A stretch of 64,000 bases of DNA, from NCBI GenBank assembly GCA_028534125.1, contig CM052816.1, positions 84,508,001-84,572,000 of the forward strand, in the 5' to 3' direction. This document shows positions 1-12,860 of this stretch, one piece after another. The notes under the pieces are model-generated. The model ran no database searches. It was not told the DNA's origin and saw only the letters and a program-made list of their open reading frames with translations. The position numbers and the translations under genes are program-made. The DNA is from Lama glama (Eukaryota). Each line of letters begins with the position of its first letter. Within the stretch, counting starts at the first letter, position 1.

Positions 1-2169
1 TCCATAGCAATTTGTTTTGGTATAAAAAGCAATTACTACAGGTTGATTTTGACTTCTGAAAATAATACTTATTTATATTATTATGATTGTTCTTGAAAGT
101 GAGAGAATGAGTTAGGCTCAGGCTAATTATTGGCCAAAATAGAAAAATTTCTCTAGTTTCTGGAAGTCTGAGGTTTCTGAAATTTCAGGTTCCACCTTGC
201 ACTACTTTAGGAGCTTAACATTTTGCACTAAAATAGTTTCAGCCAATAATTCCATATATTTTAACCCTGACAGAATGTATATAAAGTAAAAATTACATTT
301 TGGGGGATATAAACAAGAACCAACTTTCCGACGAGACAAGCACCAGAGAGAATAATTTAAATTCCTGTACTTATATCACACTTTTCTTTTAAAAATCACA
401 ATTTCGGAAATAATATAAGTACTTATTTTCACTGAAGAAAAATGAAGGAATACAGGTAGTAAAGAGCAGAACAAAAATCACAAATAATTGTATCAAAGAT
501 TATTTACTTATTAATAAAATTTAATCATAAATCCACATGCAGTAACTCACATGATGTCACACAAAGTAATTTATACAGACATGGCCCCTATCTGCTAGGA
601 TTTTTACAATATGGAGCAGGGAACAGACTGCCACAAAGGAATTAAATAAAAGCCAAAGTACTAAACGTGTACATTCAGTGCAAGAAAGCTGAGTCGTAAG
701 TAACTTTATCATACGAAACTTTTACTGACAAATAGTGATACCGATTAATCTCCATTATAACTCTTCAACATATCTTTTATTCATCTTTGTAACATAAAAA
801 TAATGACCTATAAAATGCTGAGATACTCTATAAAAAGTGAGAGGAAGTCATACACTAGATATTAATTAAAATTGAATATTGGCTTTATTTGGCTATAATT
901 CCAGTTTCTTTAGAGATTAAAATGTTATGGGCATTGAAAAAATGGAAAAGTTGCTCATATTTTACATAGGGTGATTCAAGAGTATGTTTTTTGGAAGAAA
1001 GTGTGTTTTGCCCATAGTTATTTTTTCTCAGATGATAGTCAAAGAAAGTTTTCTTTAAAATTTCATGGGAGACATCACCTACAATTTTCTAATATCTGCA
1101 GATCAAAATAGTCTTTGAATTTCTGTACTTGACTTAATTGACAACATATTTCACATAATACAAATCTAAATTATTATTCAACAATGACTAAGCTGGATTG
1201 AAGGCCATAATTAAAGATGGCTATATGAAAGAAATATTTGAGGATTCAGTAACAGTACAAACATACTGAAACATAGTGTTCCTTTGATTTTATAAACAAC
1301 TTTGATGTAACAAAATTTCCTTCTATACAACATTTTGATTGATGTTTTTCATGAAAAGAAACTGAGGGCTTTATCTCCTAGAACACAAGATAACGTTTAC
1401 TTCCTTAATTTTTTTTCACCTTCAAAATACCTCTGTTAAAGTACTAACTACTATGCAATATAACATACCTCTTTTTCTGGTTTCATGTATATTTCAGAAA
1501 ATTTTTAAATCTCATTTCCAAAAATAATAAACACATACAAATACTTATGTACTGCATTGGGTGGTTGACAGTCCCTTCTCTGCCATGGACCACATTTAAG
1601 AATATTTTCCTTATGTGATACGCCCATATAATGACAGAAAATCAGAAATGGAAATAAAATGCTGAGCATACATATGGGAGTTCGGTATCTCAAAGAGGAA
1701 ATCAATTGGATAATTGTCTGGATTGCTTGCTTTGACATCATGTAGACAAGAACCAATTTCTCATCTGAAGGTTTTAAATTGATTAATTTTTTTTTTCCTG
1801 TGGAGAGGTCAGCCCCTTTTATTATTCACTCTGTGTCTGAGCATGGTCATGTCATTTTGGTTTGTAATAGTGACAACTAATTTAATAGAAATAAGGTGAT
1901 CAGTACCAAAATTGCTTTTAGGAAAAATAGATATGTAATAAAAATATGGAAAAGTTTTTCATAGATAATAGGAAAAATTCTATTGGCTTAATTACATACT
2001 CAAAGCAAAACCATGCACTCTTTTGAAAATATCTTTCAAGGTTCTTGTTCATATTTAGATATAAAACAATATGAAATGATAGCTTAAGACAATGCAGATA
2101 AACATCTGAGTGTATAGTTTGTAAACTGGCAATCATAGTCCTCTTAGTGTGGTAGGACTTCCATTTTTC

Positions 2170-2500
2170 CTTTCTTTTTAAACTTTTTACTTGGGAAATC
2201 TTAGAAATATGAAAAGCAGAAGAAATAACATAATGAAACTTCACGTATCCAAGAGTTACCAGCTCAAACTTCCATGCATACCCAGCCCTGCAAGTGTCCC
2301 ATTTTGGCATTAGATTATTTTCCAGTGTCCCCATTTTAGCATTAGATTATTTTCAAGCAAATTCCAGATATCATACTTACACTAAATATTTCTGAATATA
2401 TATTAAAGATAAATTTGTGCCCCCTTTTGAAACATGGGCAATGCTTTCAAATCTTTAATACAATTAAACAGCCAGAGTTCATATTTCTCTGAATGTCAGT
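2170..2500 (-). mobile_element. Ancient L1 (L1MC4/L1MC5-like) 3' end fragment
   Basis: Resembles the reverse-strand L1MC 3' UTR: tttttacttgggaaatcttagaaatatgaaaagcagaagaaataacataatgaa...tattttcaagcaaattccagatatcat. Confidence 0.6.
2293..2354. repeat. Tandem duplication, 2 x ~31 bp
   Basis: agtgtcccattttggcattagattattttcc followed directly by agtgtccccattttagcattagattattttc. Confidence 0.9.
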
Positions 2501-2974
2501 TAAATGTTTTAAAGCTTCCTATTCTATTCTGTCCACAAAGTCATAAACAGATGGCTTCCTGCTTTCTAAGAGCTCTCTACTTGCGTCTGAACCTGGCCTT
2601 TTCCTTTCGTCTCTTTTCCCTATCTTGCCACTTTGGGTTCCACTCTCAGAAGTTTCTCATTAGTATGGGGCTTTATCCTTGAATGATGCTCAGGTTTGTT
2701 AATTAGATTCTGAGACTGCTCAGACCTCCAAGAGATCTTCCTGTGCTTCCCTGGCAATTTTGTGATGCCTCTGTCTAATTTCTCCTGATGCTGTAGACTT
2801 TTTTGTAGTACATGATGGTAACAGGTAGGTTCTCTGGATCCAGGGACTATGAAAGGTTCCTTTACCATTCCTCATTTCTTCCAGCTCAGATTCTGACACC
2901 AGGAGATTCTTTTATCTGTGGTGGCTGGTCCTTTCTTTCTCATATTTTGAGGTTTGGTGGGATATATTATTATG

Positions 2975-3295
2975 GAATGAATTAATTTCCTATGGTTGTT
3001 GAAGCAAATTATTATAAACTTGTGGCTTAAAACAACACAAATTAATATCTTACAGTCTGAGGTCCAGAAGCCTGAAATCAGTTTTACTGGGCTAAGATAA
3101 AGGTGCCAACAGCACTGGGTCCTTCTGGGGGCTCTAAGGGAGAGATTTCCTCGCCCTTCCTAGCCTCCTCGGCTTTCTGGAGGCCGTCTACATTCCTCAG
3201 TTCATGGCCCCTTCCTCCCATCACTCTTGTTCTATCATCACATCTCTTATTTCTGTGTCGGCAGATCTCCAGATTCCAGTGGGAAATCATCCAAC
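2975..3295 (-). mobile_element. MaLR LTR, MLT1D-like
   Basis: gtggcttaaaacaacacaaattaatatcttacagtctgaggtccagaag...ctgggctaagataaaggtg...ttctggaggccgtctacattcctcagttcatggcccc matches the recalled MLT1D reverse consensus. Confidence 0.8.
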
Positions 3296-3299
3296 CTCT

Positions 3300-4160
3300 C
3301 ATCATTAAATAAATGGGATTTTAGTAGATGGCCTTTATCAAGTTAAGGAAATTCTTTTTCTTCCTAGTGTGTTCATCGTTTTTATCATCTAAGGATATTG
3401 GACTTGGTCAAATGTTTTTTAATGCATCTACTGAGGTAGCCATGTCATTGTATCCCTTATTATATTCATGTGGCATATTTTATCAATTGATTTTCCTATT
3501 TTATAGCAACCTGGGATAATTCTCACATAGCTGTAGTGTATAATCCTTTTTTTATATGTTGCTGTTTCGGGTTTGCTAAAATTTGTTAAGAATTTTTCTG
3601 TCTATAGTTGTAAATTATATTGGTCTGTAATTTTCTTGTAATGTGTTCATCTTGTTTGAATAGTAGGGTAACAGTGGCCTCATGGAATGAGTTTGGAAGT
3701 ATTCCCTTCTCCTCTAACTATGGATGAGCTTTGGAATGATGGCACTGATTTTTCCTTAAATATATGATAGAAATCACCAATGGAGCCATCTAAACCTGGA
3801 TTTTTCCTTGTGGGAAGTTTTATAATTATTTATTAAAAAGTTTTCCTACTTATAGGTCTATTGAGATTTCTTTTTGAAACAGTTTTGGTAGTTAACGTTA
3901 TTCTAGGAATTTGTCCACTTTACATACAGTAGCTAGTTTGTTTGCATACAATTTTCATAGTGTTCCCTTATACTCCTTTTTATTTCTGTATAGTCAATAA
4001 CAATACAATAACACTTCTTCCATTCCCGATTTAAGTAATCTGATGTCTTTTTCTTTTCTGTTGCTACTTGTTTTTTTTTAACCACTATGAATTCTCTACT
4101 GATCACCTCTTTAAATGAAGACACAATTCTCTTTATTGATGATATTAAAATAACTAACAC
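3300..4160 (-). mobile_element. Ancient L1M ORF2 remnant
   Basis: ORF 3933-4160(-) ends IDYTEIKRSIREHYENCMQTN, like L1 ORF2 TTDPTEIKRIIREYYEQLYANK; typical antisense L1 T-rich text. Confidence 0.85.
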
Positions 4161-4499
4161 TATTTAGCACTGGTACCGACCAGGATGAATAACACAGGCC
4201 ACACCACTGAGCAATAGTTTAGATGCTCTCTGTGTGCCAGATGCTAGTCTTCTGTTTATGAACCATGGAAAGTTCCAAGGATACTGAGAAGAAGTTAGGA
4301 AGCAATCCAGGCACCTGGAGCACAGGTTGGTACATCTTGTACAAAAGTATTTCAATATTTTAATAACTGGCACTGCTGTACTGGCAGCTTCCTGCTAAAC
4401 CTGGCCAGGAAACACAGTCTTATTTACAAATCTCAAGATTGCTTCTTGATTCAACTTTCTTTTGATGTGAGTTCTGAAATTAGATACAATTCTATGAGT

Positions 4500-4585
4500 A
4501 TGATAAAAAAAACCCACTGAATTGTACACTTTAAAAGGGAGAATTTTATGGTATGTAAATTATACCTCAATAAAGTTATAATAAA
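4500..4585 (+). mobile_element. L1MB-like extreme 3' end
   Basis: ccactgaattgtacactttaaaagggagaattttatggtatgtaaattatacctcaataaag. Confidence 0.8.
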
Positions 4586-5689
4586 ATATGACAAAATAAT
4601 AAATTGACACATTTTACATGAGTTTTCATTTGAGAATATTAATTTATATATTGTATGAGCTTAGAATGTTTTGGTTTGAATGGTGATCTATAATTATTAG
4701 GTTGATAATTAGATTAACCTGCTTCTCAAAGAAGTAAAGTAAGGAACAATTTTTAAAAAGTGTTCATTTTATGTGTCTCCAACTTATTTTTGCAAATTTT
4801 TAGTGTATGAATGTACCTTTAAAATGTAGGCATTTGGTTGAATCCTTAAAAACTGCAGAGGTCTTGGCAGTAAATCATGTTTAAGAAGCTCTAAGCTGTC
4901 TTCCAAACTGTGAATGATTTACTCAAAAAAGGATGACATTTAACTATGCACTTTCAAGGGTCCCCAGTGTAAAATGAAACATAATGTTCTTTGTTGATCT
5001 TACTTGGTACCCCTATGGAGATTAGTGAAAAATTATTATCTTTCTTGACTTAAAAAGCTATTTCTTATGTTAATGGTAGAGTGAAAGTAACATACTTCAC
5101 ATGGAATATAAAAAATGTTAACCTTTTTTTTTTTGCCCTCAAGGAATTATAGTCAGTCATAAACTCAGTAAAAAGGATGAGATCACTACTTAGTTGGAGA
5201 CCATTTCAAGATGAAGAAGACATGAAAACTTGCATATGTCAAGATTTTTTTGAAAAGTTAACATTAAATTACACACTTTTAAAAAGTAACTGTTAAGAAG
5301 TCAATTTAAGCCTAATCAAATAAAATATATACACTGAATAATTTTCCATATTTGTCCTGGTAAGCAGAAATAGAAAAACCATAAAAATATATTCTTAGGC
5401 TATATACCATAACAGTTAAAGGCACAAACATATATATGACTTAGCTATTGGTTGAATTAAATGAAATTATAAATTACAGGTGAATATCTAAATTTTAAAT
5501 TTAAAGTCATTTCAGTCTATATAGAATTCAAGTAAATTCTAATTTCTCAGATGAAACCTAGGGCCATAAATTGATAACTTGCCACTCTTTTGCTAATAAC
5601 AATAAATAAGGAGATAATTATTAATGATGTTTACTTTATTCTATGTATCCAAAATACAATTTCCATAGAATCATTATCATTATCATCAT

Positions 5690-5910
5690 CACAGCTAATG
5701 TTTATTAATTCCTACTTGCTAGATACAATTATGATTTACTGTAGTATTTTCTGATATAATCCATGCCACAATTTTATGAAGAAAGAATATTTTGCCCTAA
5801 TTTTAGAGTTGAGAAAAAATAATGTACAGAAAGTGTGAATAATTTATATAATTCTACCAAGATAGAATGTATTGGAGTCAAGACTAAGAGTTCAAATGCA
5901 TTGTATCTTA
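5690..5910 (-). mobile_element. MIR SINE
   Basis: acagctaatgtttatt...taatccatgccacaattttatgaag...ccctaattttagagttgagaaa; decayed MIR core. Confidence 0.6.
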
Positions 5911-6209
5911 TATGGACACTTGTCTCTTTACCATTTAACTTCCTTTAAAGAAACTTAATTAAAACTTCACTGGCCTGAAAAATAAAAGCAGAAACTCTGG
6001 CTTTTAATTCCAACTCTCACTATATCTGGCTTCATGGCATAGTACGATCAGTTCATCACCAGCAAATGCATGTATAATATTACATATTTTGTAAATTTCC
6101 TTTAGTTCATAAATTATAACTGTGTCTTTTGTTTCCTACAAAAACATTTCCAATATGCTAGCTCCTACAATCCAGCTGATTTATAGCATAACATATGATA
6201 TAAGCCCTT

Positions 6210-6650
6210 ATAGTGCCACAGACAAAACTAAATATGAGACAAAATAAATGAAAGCTGTTTATTCGTAAACTTGTAGCAAGAGAGAAGTCACTCCATCACT
6301 TTTGCTTCAGCAGGGTTCAAAGGTGTTAGAAAGGAGAGTGGATTTTATCAGGTAAGAAGAGAAAATATTGAGACAATCACTGACTGGCAAGAATCCCAGC
6401 AGTATTTGCAAATGCAGAGATTTTCTAATTGGTCTTCAGATACACTTGGCAGTCCTTGGTTGGCTGTAAGGGGGCAAGTCTGTTGGCATTTCAAAAGAGG
6501 AAAGATTTGGTTCAGTGTTAGGGCCTGAGTGTTTCTATGACCAATCATTTCTTGGAATAAGTAGGGATTAACAGATCTTTTTTGTGGTCAAACTGAAAAA
6601 ACGATCCTTAATTAGGGGCAGAAGGCTACCATGATGGGCAGTTCTCTACA
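6210..6650. mobile_element. Possible ERV1-class internal/LTR fragment
   Basis: Purine-rich block (aaagctgtttattcgtaaacttgtagcaagagagaag...gattttctaattgg...ttggttggctg) resembling ERV1 internal fragments; family not recognised. Confidence 0.35.
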
Positions 6651-8524
6651 GAAAGATTCTGACTACACCTTTATAAAAGCAGAATCATGAATGGGGTGAT
6701 TATTTTAATGGCACATTTTAAAATGAAAATAAAAATTAAATTTTCCGAGGATAGTTTCAGATTTTAAAAAATCCTGAATTTCAGAATTCCTGGAATCTGG
6801 GATAAATTACATTGTGGAAGCAGAAAGCTCTAATTTTTCTTTCCAGCCACATGAATATAAACCAAACCTATATTTACTATAAACAATATTCTGAGTGACA
6901 TTTTTCTATTTTCCTTATACCAACTGCATAAAGAACTCTCAGATAAAATTGATAAGTCTTTTGTTTGCTGGTTTATTTTACCTTGTTTTAATATTTTTAA
7001 ATATTATTCTGATTTTGCCTCTGGTCTCCATAAATGGTAAGAGAATTCAATGCATAAAATAAGTTTCCTTTTTTTTTTCAATAATAAAACACAGATTAAA
7101 GCTATTTCTTGCTGGTGCTGTCACTGCCCTAATACTATTGTATCATAACTTTATATTAGTATATGTGCTTGGCTGGCACATGAATCTACAGCTAAGTCCA
7201 TGAACACACCTCTCCCAGGCCAGAGCACTAACACTCACCAGCCTCATTTCAGTTTTCTTCCACCCACCCAACTTTCATCAGGTTTCTCATCACATCAGCT
7301 ACAGAAATTAAAAGATTTTTGACGGATAGGTATTTCAGAAAATAGTGAATATTTGTTCTTTGGGTTCTTTTAAAAGAGTCAAAGAAATACAACTCATTAG
7401 ACAAATACAGTTTTTCATATTTAAAAAATATTTTGTATTTTTGAGTGTTGTTGCAAAGATTTCTTTTGCCTAATTTAATGTATTCCTGTGTAATTTTCTC
7501 CTGCAAAAAATATACATTCAAGAGACTGTTGTTGGATTAAATCCTAGACTTTCTGATGAAGCTGTTGCCTGTAGGAATGAAATCCTATCAACACATTAAT
7601 CCATGATGCCCTAATGGCTATACTAGACCTTTCCTATTTTACAAAAATAAATGAATTAAAAGGAGATGGTCATTTCCAATAATTTAGTTTGCTTTCCACT
7701 TGGCAGGATTATGGATAATTATGGATGATGTAATTTTAGAAAATAAATTGTTAATATATTTCATATCTCATGAGAAGCATGGTCAAAATTACAACAAAAA
7801 GTACTAAACTTGGTTACTTGAACTAGATAACCTCTGCTGATTCGAACTTCCTATTTATTCTGTAATTGGCTATAGGAGTTTGCATAATGTTCTAGCACTG
7901 GAAATCTTAATAAAGTTATGAAAATATCAGTCAAAAAATATTTCCAAGAACTTCTGTATGTATGTCCACTCCAAAAATATATTGAAAAATACTTTTAAAC
8001 TATTCGGATTATTATAAGTTCAGAGAATTAAAATATTTATGTATTCTAATTATAAAATTTATTTAAAGGCTACTGAAGAGTTCAAGTGTACGGGCTGTTG
8101 CATGAATTTCACATAATTTATCTACCCACTATTTCAAGAATATGAAACATACAATCACTGTTTTCTTTCCATTATAAATACTCTGCATATTTCTATCCTA
8201 ACTGCACATGCAGATTTGGTAAATTAATGAATTTATCATAGAAAATAACATTCAAAGTGGCAATATGAGATTAAAATTATGCATTTTACATAAAGAAAAT
8301 ATTCTGTATTAGACTATGCTATTTTAAAGTAAAAAATTGAACATAAAAAAACTGAAATTACCAACCAGACCAGAAATTCTAGGTGAGATTAAGGGGTAAT
8401 ACAAAGCAGCAAAGGAGAAGTGAATTTTTTTCAGCATAATATCATTTGTAAACAAAGTTACTGAAACTAAATTATAATTATTGAGATTTATAAAACATCT
8501 AATCTATTAGATAAAAACTCTTTT

Positions 8525-8645
8525 AATCACTCATATTAAAAGAAAGAAACCAAGGCACAGGGAGATTAAAGTAACTTGCCAAATTCAGAGCAGATTAGTG
8601 GAAAAGCAGATATTGAATACTGGCAAGCTGGCTGCAATGCCAGCT
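8525..8645 (-). mobile_element. MIR fragment
   Basis: aagaaaccaaggcacagggagattaaagtaacttgccaaattcagagcagattagtgg matches the MIR core (gaaactgaggcacagagaggttaagtaacttgcccaaggtcacacagctagtaagtgg). Confidence 0.75.
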
Positions 8646-11477
8646 CCTAGAAAGAGTTAGGAGGGTCTTTGGGACTTTGATATCTTATAATTTGCCTACC
8701 CTTATTAGTCTATGTTTATGGAATGACATTCTAGGAGAGGTTCTGATATGACTGGAAAACTTTGCCTCTGTATCCTTGTTTAGAGATTCATAAGATACAT
8801 CTGTAGAATAAAAACTCTGGAATGCACTGAGGTTAGGAAATTGTTCATGTCAGCAACTTCCAAACTTATTTCAGCATGAAAAACTATTTTCATGGAGTAC
8901 ATGAAAGAGCAATTATTGGAACAATATTAATAATCAATTTTAAATGATCTGCACTTGTTTTACCTTACAAAAACACAGAACTAGAATATAAAGAAAAAAT
9001 AAATGTAAAAGGCATTAGAATCTCAGTATTCAGATGAGATCACTCATAGAAACTGACAGACAGATAGATGGATTCATAGCATAGAAAATCATGAATATGG
9101 TGAATGAAGTAGAATGGTACAGTGGTTAACATTACACACAGGGTAGAAATCTGTTCAAAGGGAATTTGTTTCATTTTAAAATGTGTCTGTCTTCTTCCAT
9201 TATATTAGATAGTCAGGTCAACATATATTATATAAAAAGGAACACTTACATATTCACTATTATCATTATTATTATATTTTTAAAACACTTCATTCTCTAT
9301 AACTCACCCTGATAAAATAAGTTGATATTATAGGAGTACATAACTGTATAAAATATTGCTTTATTTGTGAACTTTAGAACAACTACTACTATGGAACATC
9401 CAACCGTATGGTAAACATTGCTTAAGGAAACTGTAAAACGCTGTGCTTGAACGGGCATAGGTGCACTGGAGAAGTAGAAGCTTATGTCTCATTTCTGCAC
9501 AGCACAAAAAATTAATCTTCAAAATTGCTTAACTAAGTGAACATGGGAGTAAAATATTTCAAGCATGCATAATTTATGTTTGTTACAGTTTGACTGGATG
9601 ACCAAATTATAATAGCACAAAATGACCCTGGAAACAATATAGAAACCTGTTAAAGATGCAGAAGCAAAGCACTGCAAGCCTCATATCTCATTTGCTGGAA
9701 ATTCTTTTCTGTCCTTTTGTGGTTTGTATTCTTAGTACTAAGCTCCTCTGGTTGGGTTTTCTTTCAAAGCTAACAAATGACATTCCAGAGCTTAGGCTTG
9801 AGACAGCTGCTAGGGCAAGAGAAAAATCAGGAAGATGAAAAAGAAAAAGTGGTTCCTTCTCCCTTATGGCTGTGAAAATGCCGACAGTATTCTGCACCAA
9901 GGAGCTAGTTCTGATAAAGTGATGAATTGAGAATATTAACAAATGTGTCCATCTTACTTGCCTTTTAAATGTGAAGATTTGTATGAATATGTATAATCCT
10001 GCTCAGTTTAGTGTTTAATAAACACATATTTTAAGGCAAATGTTCCACAGAGATTATTACTATGTATGTTCTCCAAAACATAATCTTTAATCCCTAAATG
10101 TCTGTGCTGCTATTTGGTTCTTTTTCTCAACTTATATTTGCGATGTTAATAATATTTAAATAGCCTTTTATGTTTTTTAATAAACATTTAAATGTTTGTA
10201 AACCCCTGTGTAAAACCAGAGAATAAAATGGATTTCTCATCCTCTCCTTTCATAAATGAAAGCATAAACTATGATTTTCATAGATTCCTTATTAAAACAA
10301 GGAACTTAAGAGTTTCCTGAATTTAAGCTGACAAAATAAAGGATTCTACACAAATAGTGGCCCCAAAAATGGACAAAATAAATGAGCTGTGCATTAGTTG
10401 TTGGTTATCTGCAGCCACAAATGTCTCTCCCTTTACAATAGCATTCAGATTTTCTTTGACACATCTATGTAACCACTGCAGCTAAAATATATACTCTATA
10501 AAGGATGAAACATTCCTATTTAGTCCATCATTTTATCCCCAAACCCATATTATAGTTCCTGACACACAGAAATCACTTACTAAGCATTTATTTTTTAAAA
10601 TTGAATTATTTAGTGAATGAATGATGATTTCATTGAGGATTTGGAATTCAAGGTGATATTATGTGTACATTGTATGTATAGAAAACATGAAGTGCTTAAA
10701 ATACATGGCTAGTTTATAGTATGTATTAAGATTATACTGGCACATTAGGTTTAAAAGTAAAATTAGAAAAAAAGTATTTTGGAGATCCTTGATCTCCAAA
10801 CTAAAACAATTTTGAATTTTGGTGTATATGACACAAGACACTTCAATTTCTATTTCAGAAAACAACAACTGTTAAATAATATAGAAGATTCAGCGACTAG
10901 AGGCAGGAAGCTCCATTAAAATGGTGATTAAAATTAAAATGCATTAAGTTAATTTTGAAAAGCTACAACGATTTATCAAATATATTGGTGTGACATGTAC
11001 TACAGTAATAAGTAAAACATAAAATATGAAAAATACAGAAATGTATAAAAAGTCTTACAGAGTCAGAGTAAGAAAAAAATTACAACAATAACTCACTACT
11101 TAGGAAAATTTTTGGACACAGCTAAAATTCCAAGGCAGTTAACATTGCTTTAAAATCTGAAGAATAAAAGCCAGATGACAGAATTTGCCTTGCTTAGAAA
11201 TGCTTTATCTCTAGCCCATAGATCATACTAAATGCGGGGCATTTATTAAATAAGTAAACGATTCCTACAAAATTTAAATATTTATTCCTGGTTGCAAGTG
11301 TTTCCAGTGAGTTTTTACTCAAAAACCAAACATCTTGATTTACTAGGACAAATACATGCAGTGTATAAAATCCAGAATTAAATTCTCCAAAATCTAATTC
11401 TAAACTCATTAGTGAGTCATACACATTTAGAAGACCTAACAAACAGAACACCTTGCTTTCATTAATTTCATCTACGT

Positions 11478-12015
11478 TGTGCTAGGCAAGTAAGCCCAGG
11501 CTAGGCAGCAGTAGACTTCTGTTTGTCCCTCAGGCATGTCTGGAGGTTTCTGGGGGAAGATAAGCCTATTACTCCGAATAATATTTAATTAGAAGGTGGT
11601 TGAGGCTTTGTAGTTATTCTCCTATGTGTGAGTGACAGAGGTAGATATCAGTATACAGCAGAGAGTACAAGTCAGTGACGGAAGTGAGTACAGACACTGA
11701 TAGGTGAGGAAACAGGCTGTTTTTTGGTGGATCCACCTTCTCAAGTTCATCGCCAAAAATGGTAAAATAAATACTGCCTGTGCAGAAGAGCTAAATTCAA
11801 AAATGGACCAGTCCCTGCTACAGTGATACAGCCAATGCTATCATAAACCAATTAAGTTCTTGGGCTGGTGAGCACAGCTAGGATTAACCTATTGTCAGGG
11901 AACCCTAAGAGGTCAGTAACCAGCCAGAACCCAAGTGGGCAGTTGAAAACCTCATGTCTCAGCAAATAAAACCTCCTGGTCCACGAAAATCTTCAGCTCC
12001 AGTTTGAACACCACA
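11478..12015 (+). mobile_element. Putative ancient solo LTR, family unassigned
   Basis: GC-elevated ~540-bp block starting tgtg and ending ccaca, with aataaaacctc near the 3' end; no clear TSD. Confidence 0.35.
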
Positions 12016-12371
12016 AGTCACTCACTAAATTTAAAGATCATGTAAGAGGGAAAGGTTGAAAAGTGTAAGTGATTAGGCTATTAAGGCTTACATGAATTAG
12101 AATTTTTTTAATGTGTATCTCCACTTCAGACAGAGGCAAATGGAAATTTGGTGAATATAATTACTAAGTGCCAAGAAAATGGCATTTAGTGTTTCACAAC
12201 TGCAGTAAAATTCAGAGAACGGCAATGGGTTAAAACTCGGAGGGTATGTACAAATCAAAAAAGAACACCTGTAAGTGTGACTGAGACAGTGAAAGTCAAG
12301 AAACCCAATATCCATAAAATCAGGGGCAGAGCAAAGCAGAGAGTTGAGTACCCAGAGAAAACAGTTTAGTG

Positions 12372-12512
12372 CAGGGTTTCTTCATCTTGGCATTATTTCC
12401 CTTTGGGGCCAGATAATTCTGTTATGAAAAGCTGTCCTGTGCAATCACAAATATCTCCAGGCATTGCCAAATGTTCCACGGATGTCAAAATCACCTTGGT
12501 TGAGAATCGGTG
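12372..12512 (-). mobile_element. MER20 (hAT-Charlie), internally deleted
   Basis: cagggtttc...ggccagataattctg...gctgtcctgtgca joined to aaatatctccaggcattgccaaatgt...caaaatcaccttggttgagaatcggtg; degenerate 8-bp TSD gtttagtg/gcttagag. Confidence 0.9.
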
Positions 12513-12699
12513 GCTTAGAGAAAGGAGTTAGGCAGTGGATAGAAAATTCATCCTTTTTTAAAAAAAAAATGCGTAAGAGTCAGAGATGAATCAAAATCAA
12601 GCAGGATAATGGATACAGAACACTAATGATCTTTACATTCTGGTTCAGAAATCAACAACTGTACATAATAGTGATAAAACAATGCTTACTGTTAGGCTG

Positions 12700-12860
12700 C
12701 TTATTAGTTACATTTTATTTTAACCTCGCGAGATTTGACATAAATATGATGTTTGCCCATATTTTAGAGAAGTAAAAAGGTAAACAGAGAGTAAATAATT
12801 CCCCAGTTACATAGGTAATAAAGATCATTATTCAGGTCTGTCTGAATTCAAAATCTATAA
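12700..12860 (-). mobile_element. MIR fragment
   Basis: cccatattttagagaagtaaaaaggtaaacagagagtaaataattcccc...caggtctgtctgaattcaaaatct. Confidence 0.55.

Noticed and set aside
590..705. Consensus donor gtc|gtaagt near 696
   Set aside because: All three frames from the plausible upstream acceptor contain stops; no supported exon.
1505..1770. 83-aa minus-strand ORF preceded by an acceptor-like ccttcag
   Set aside because: No convincing donor and no recognisable protein; the length is compatible with chance.
9656..9942. Overlapping 60-aa and 84-aa ORFs in unique sequence
   Set aside because: No homology recognised and no paired splice sites.
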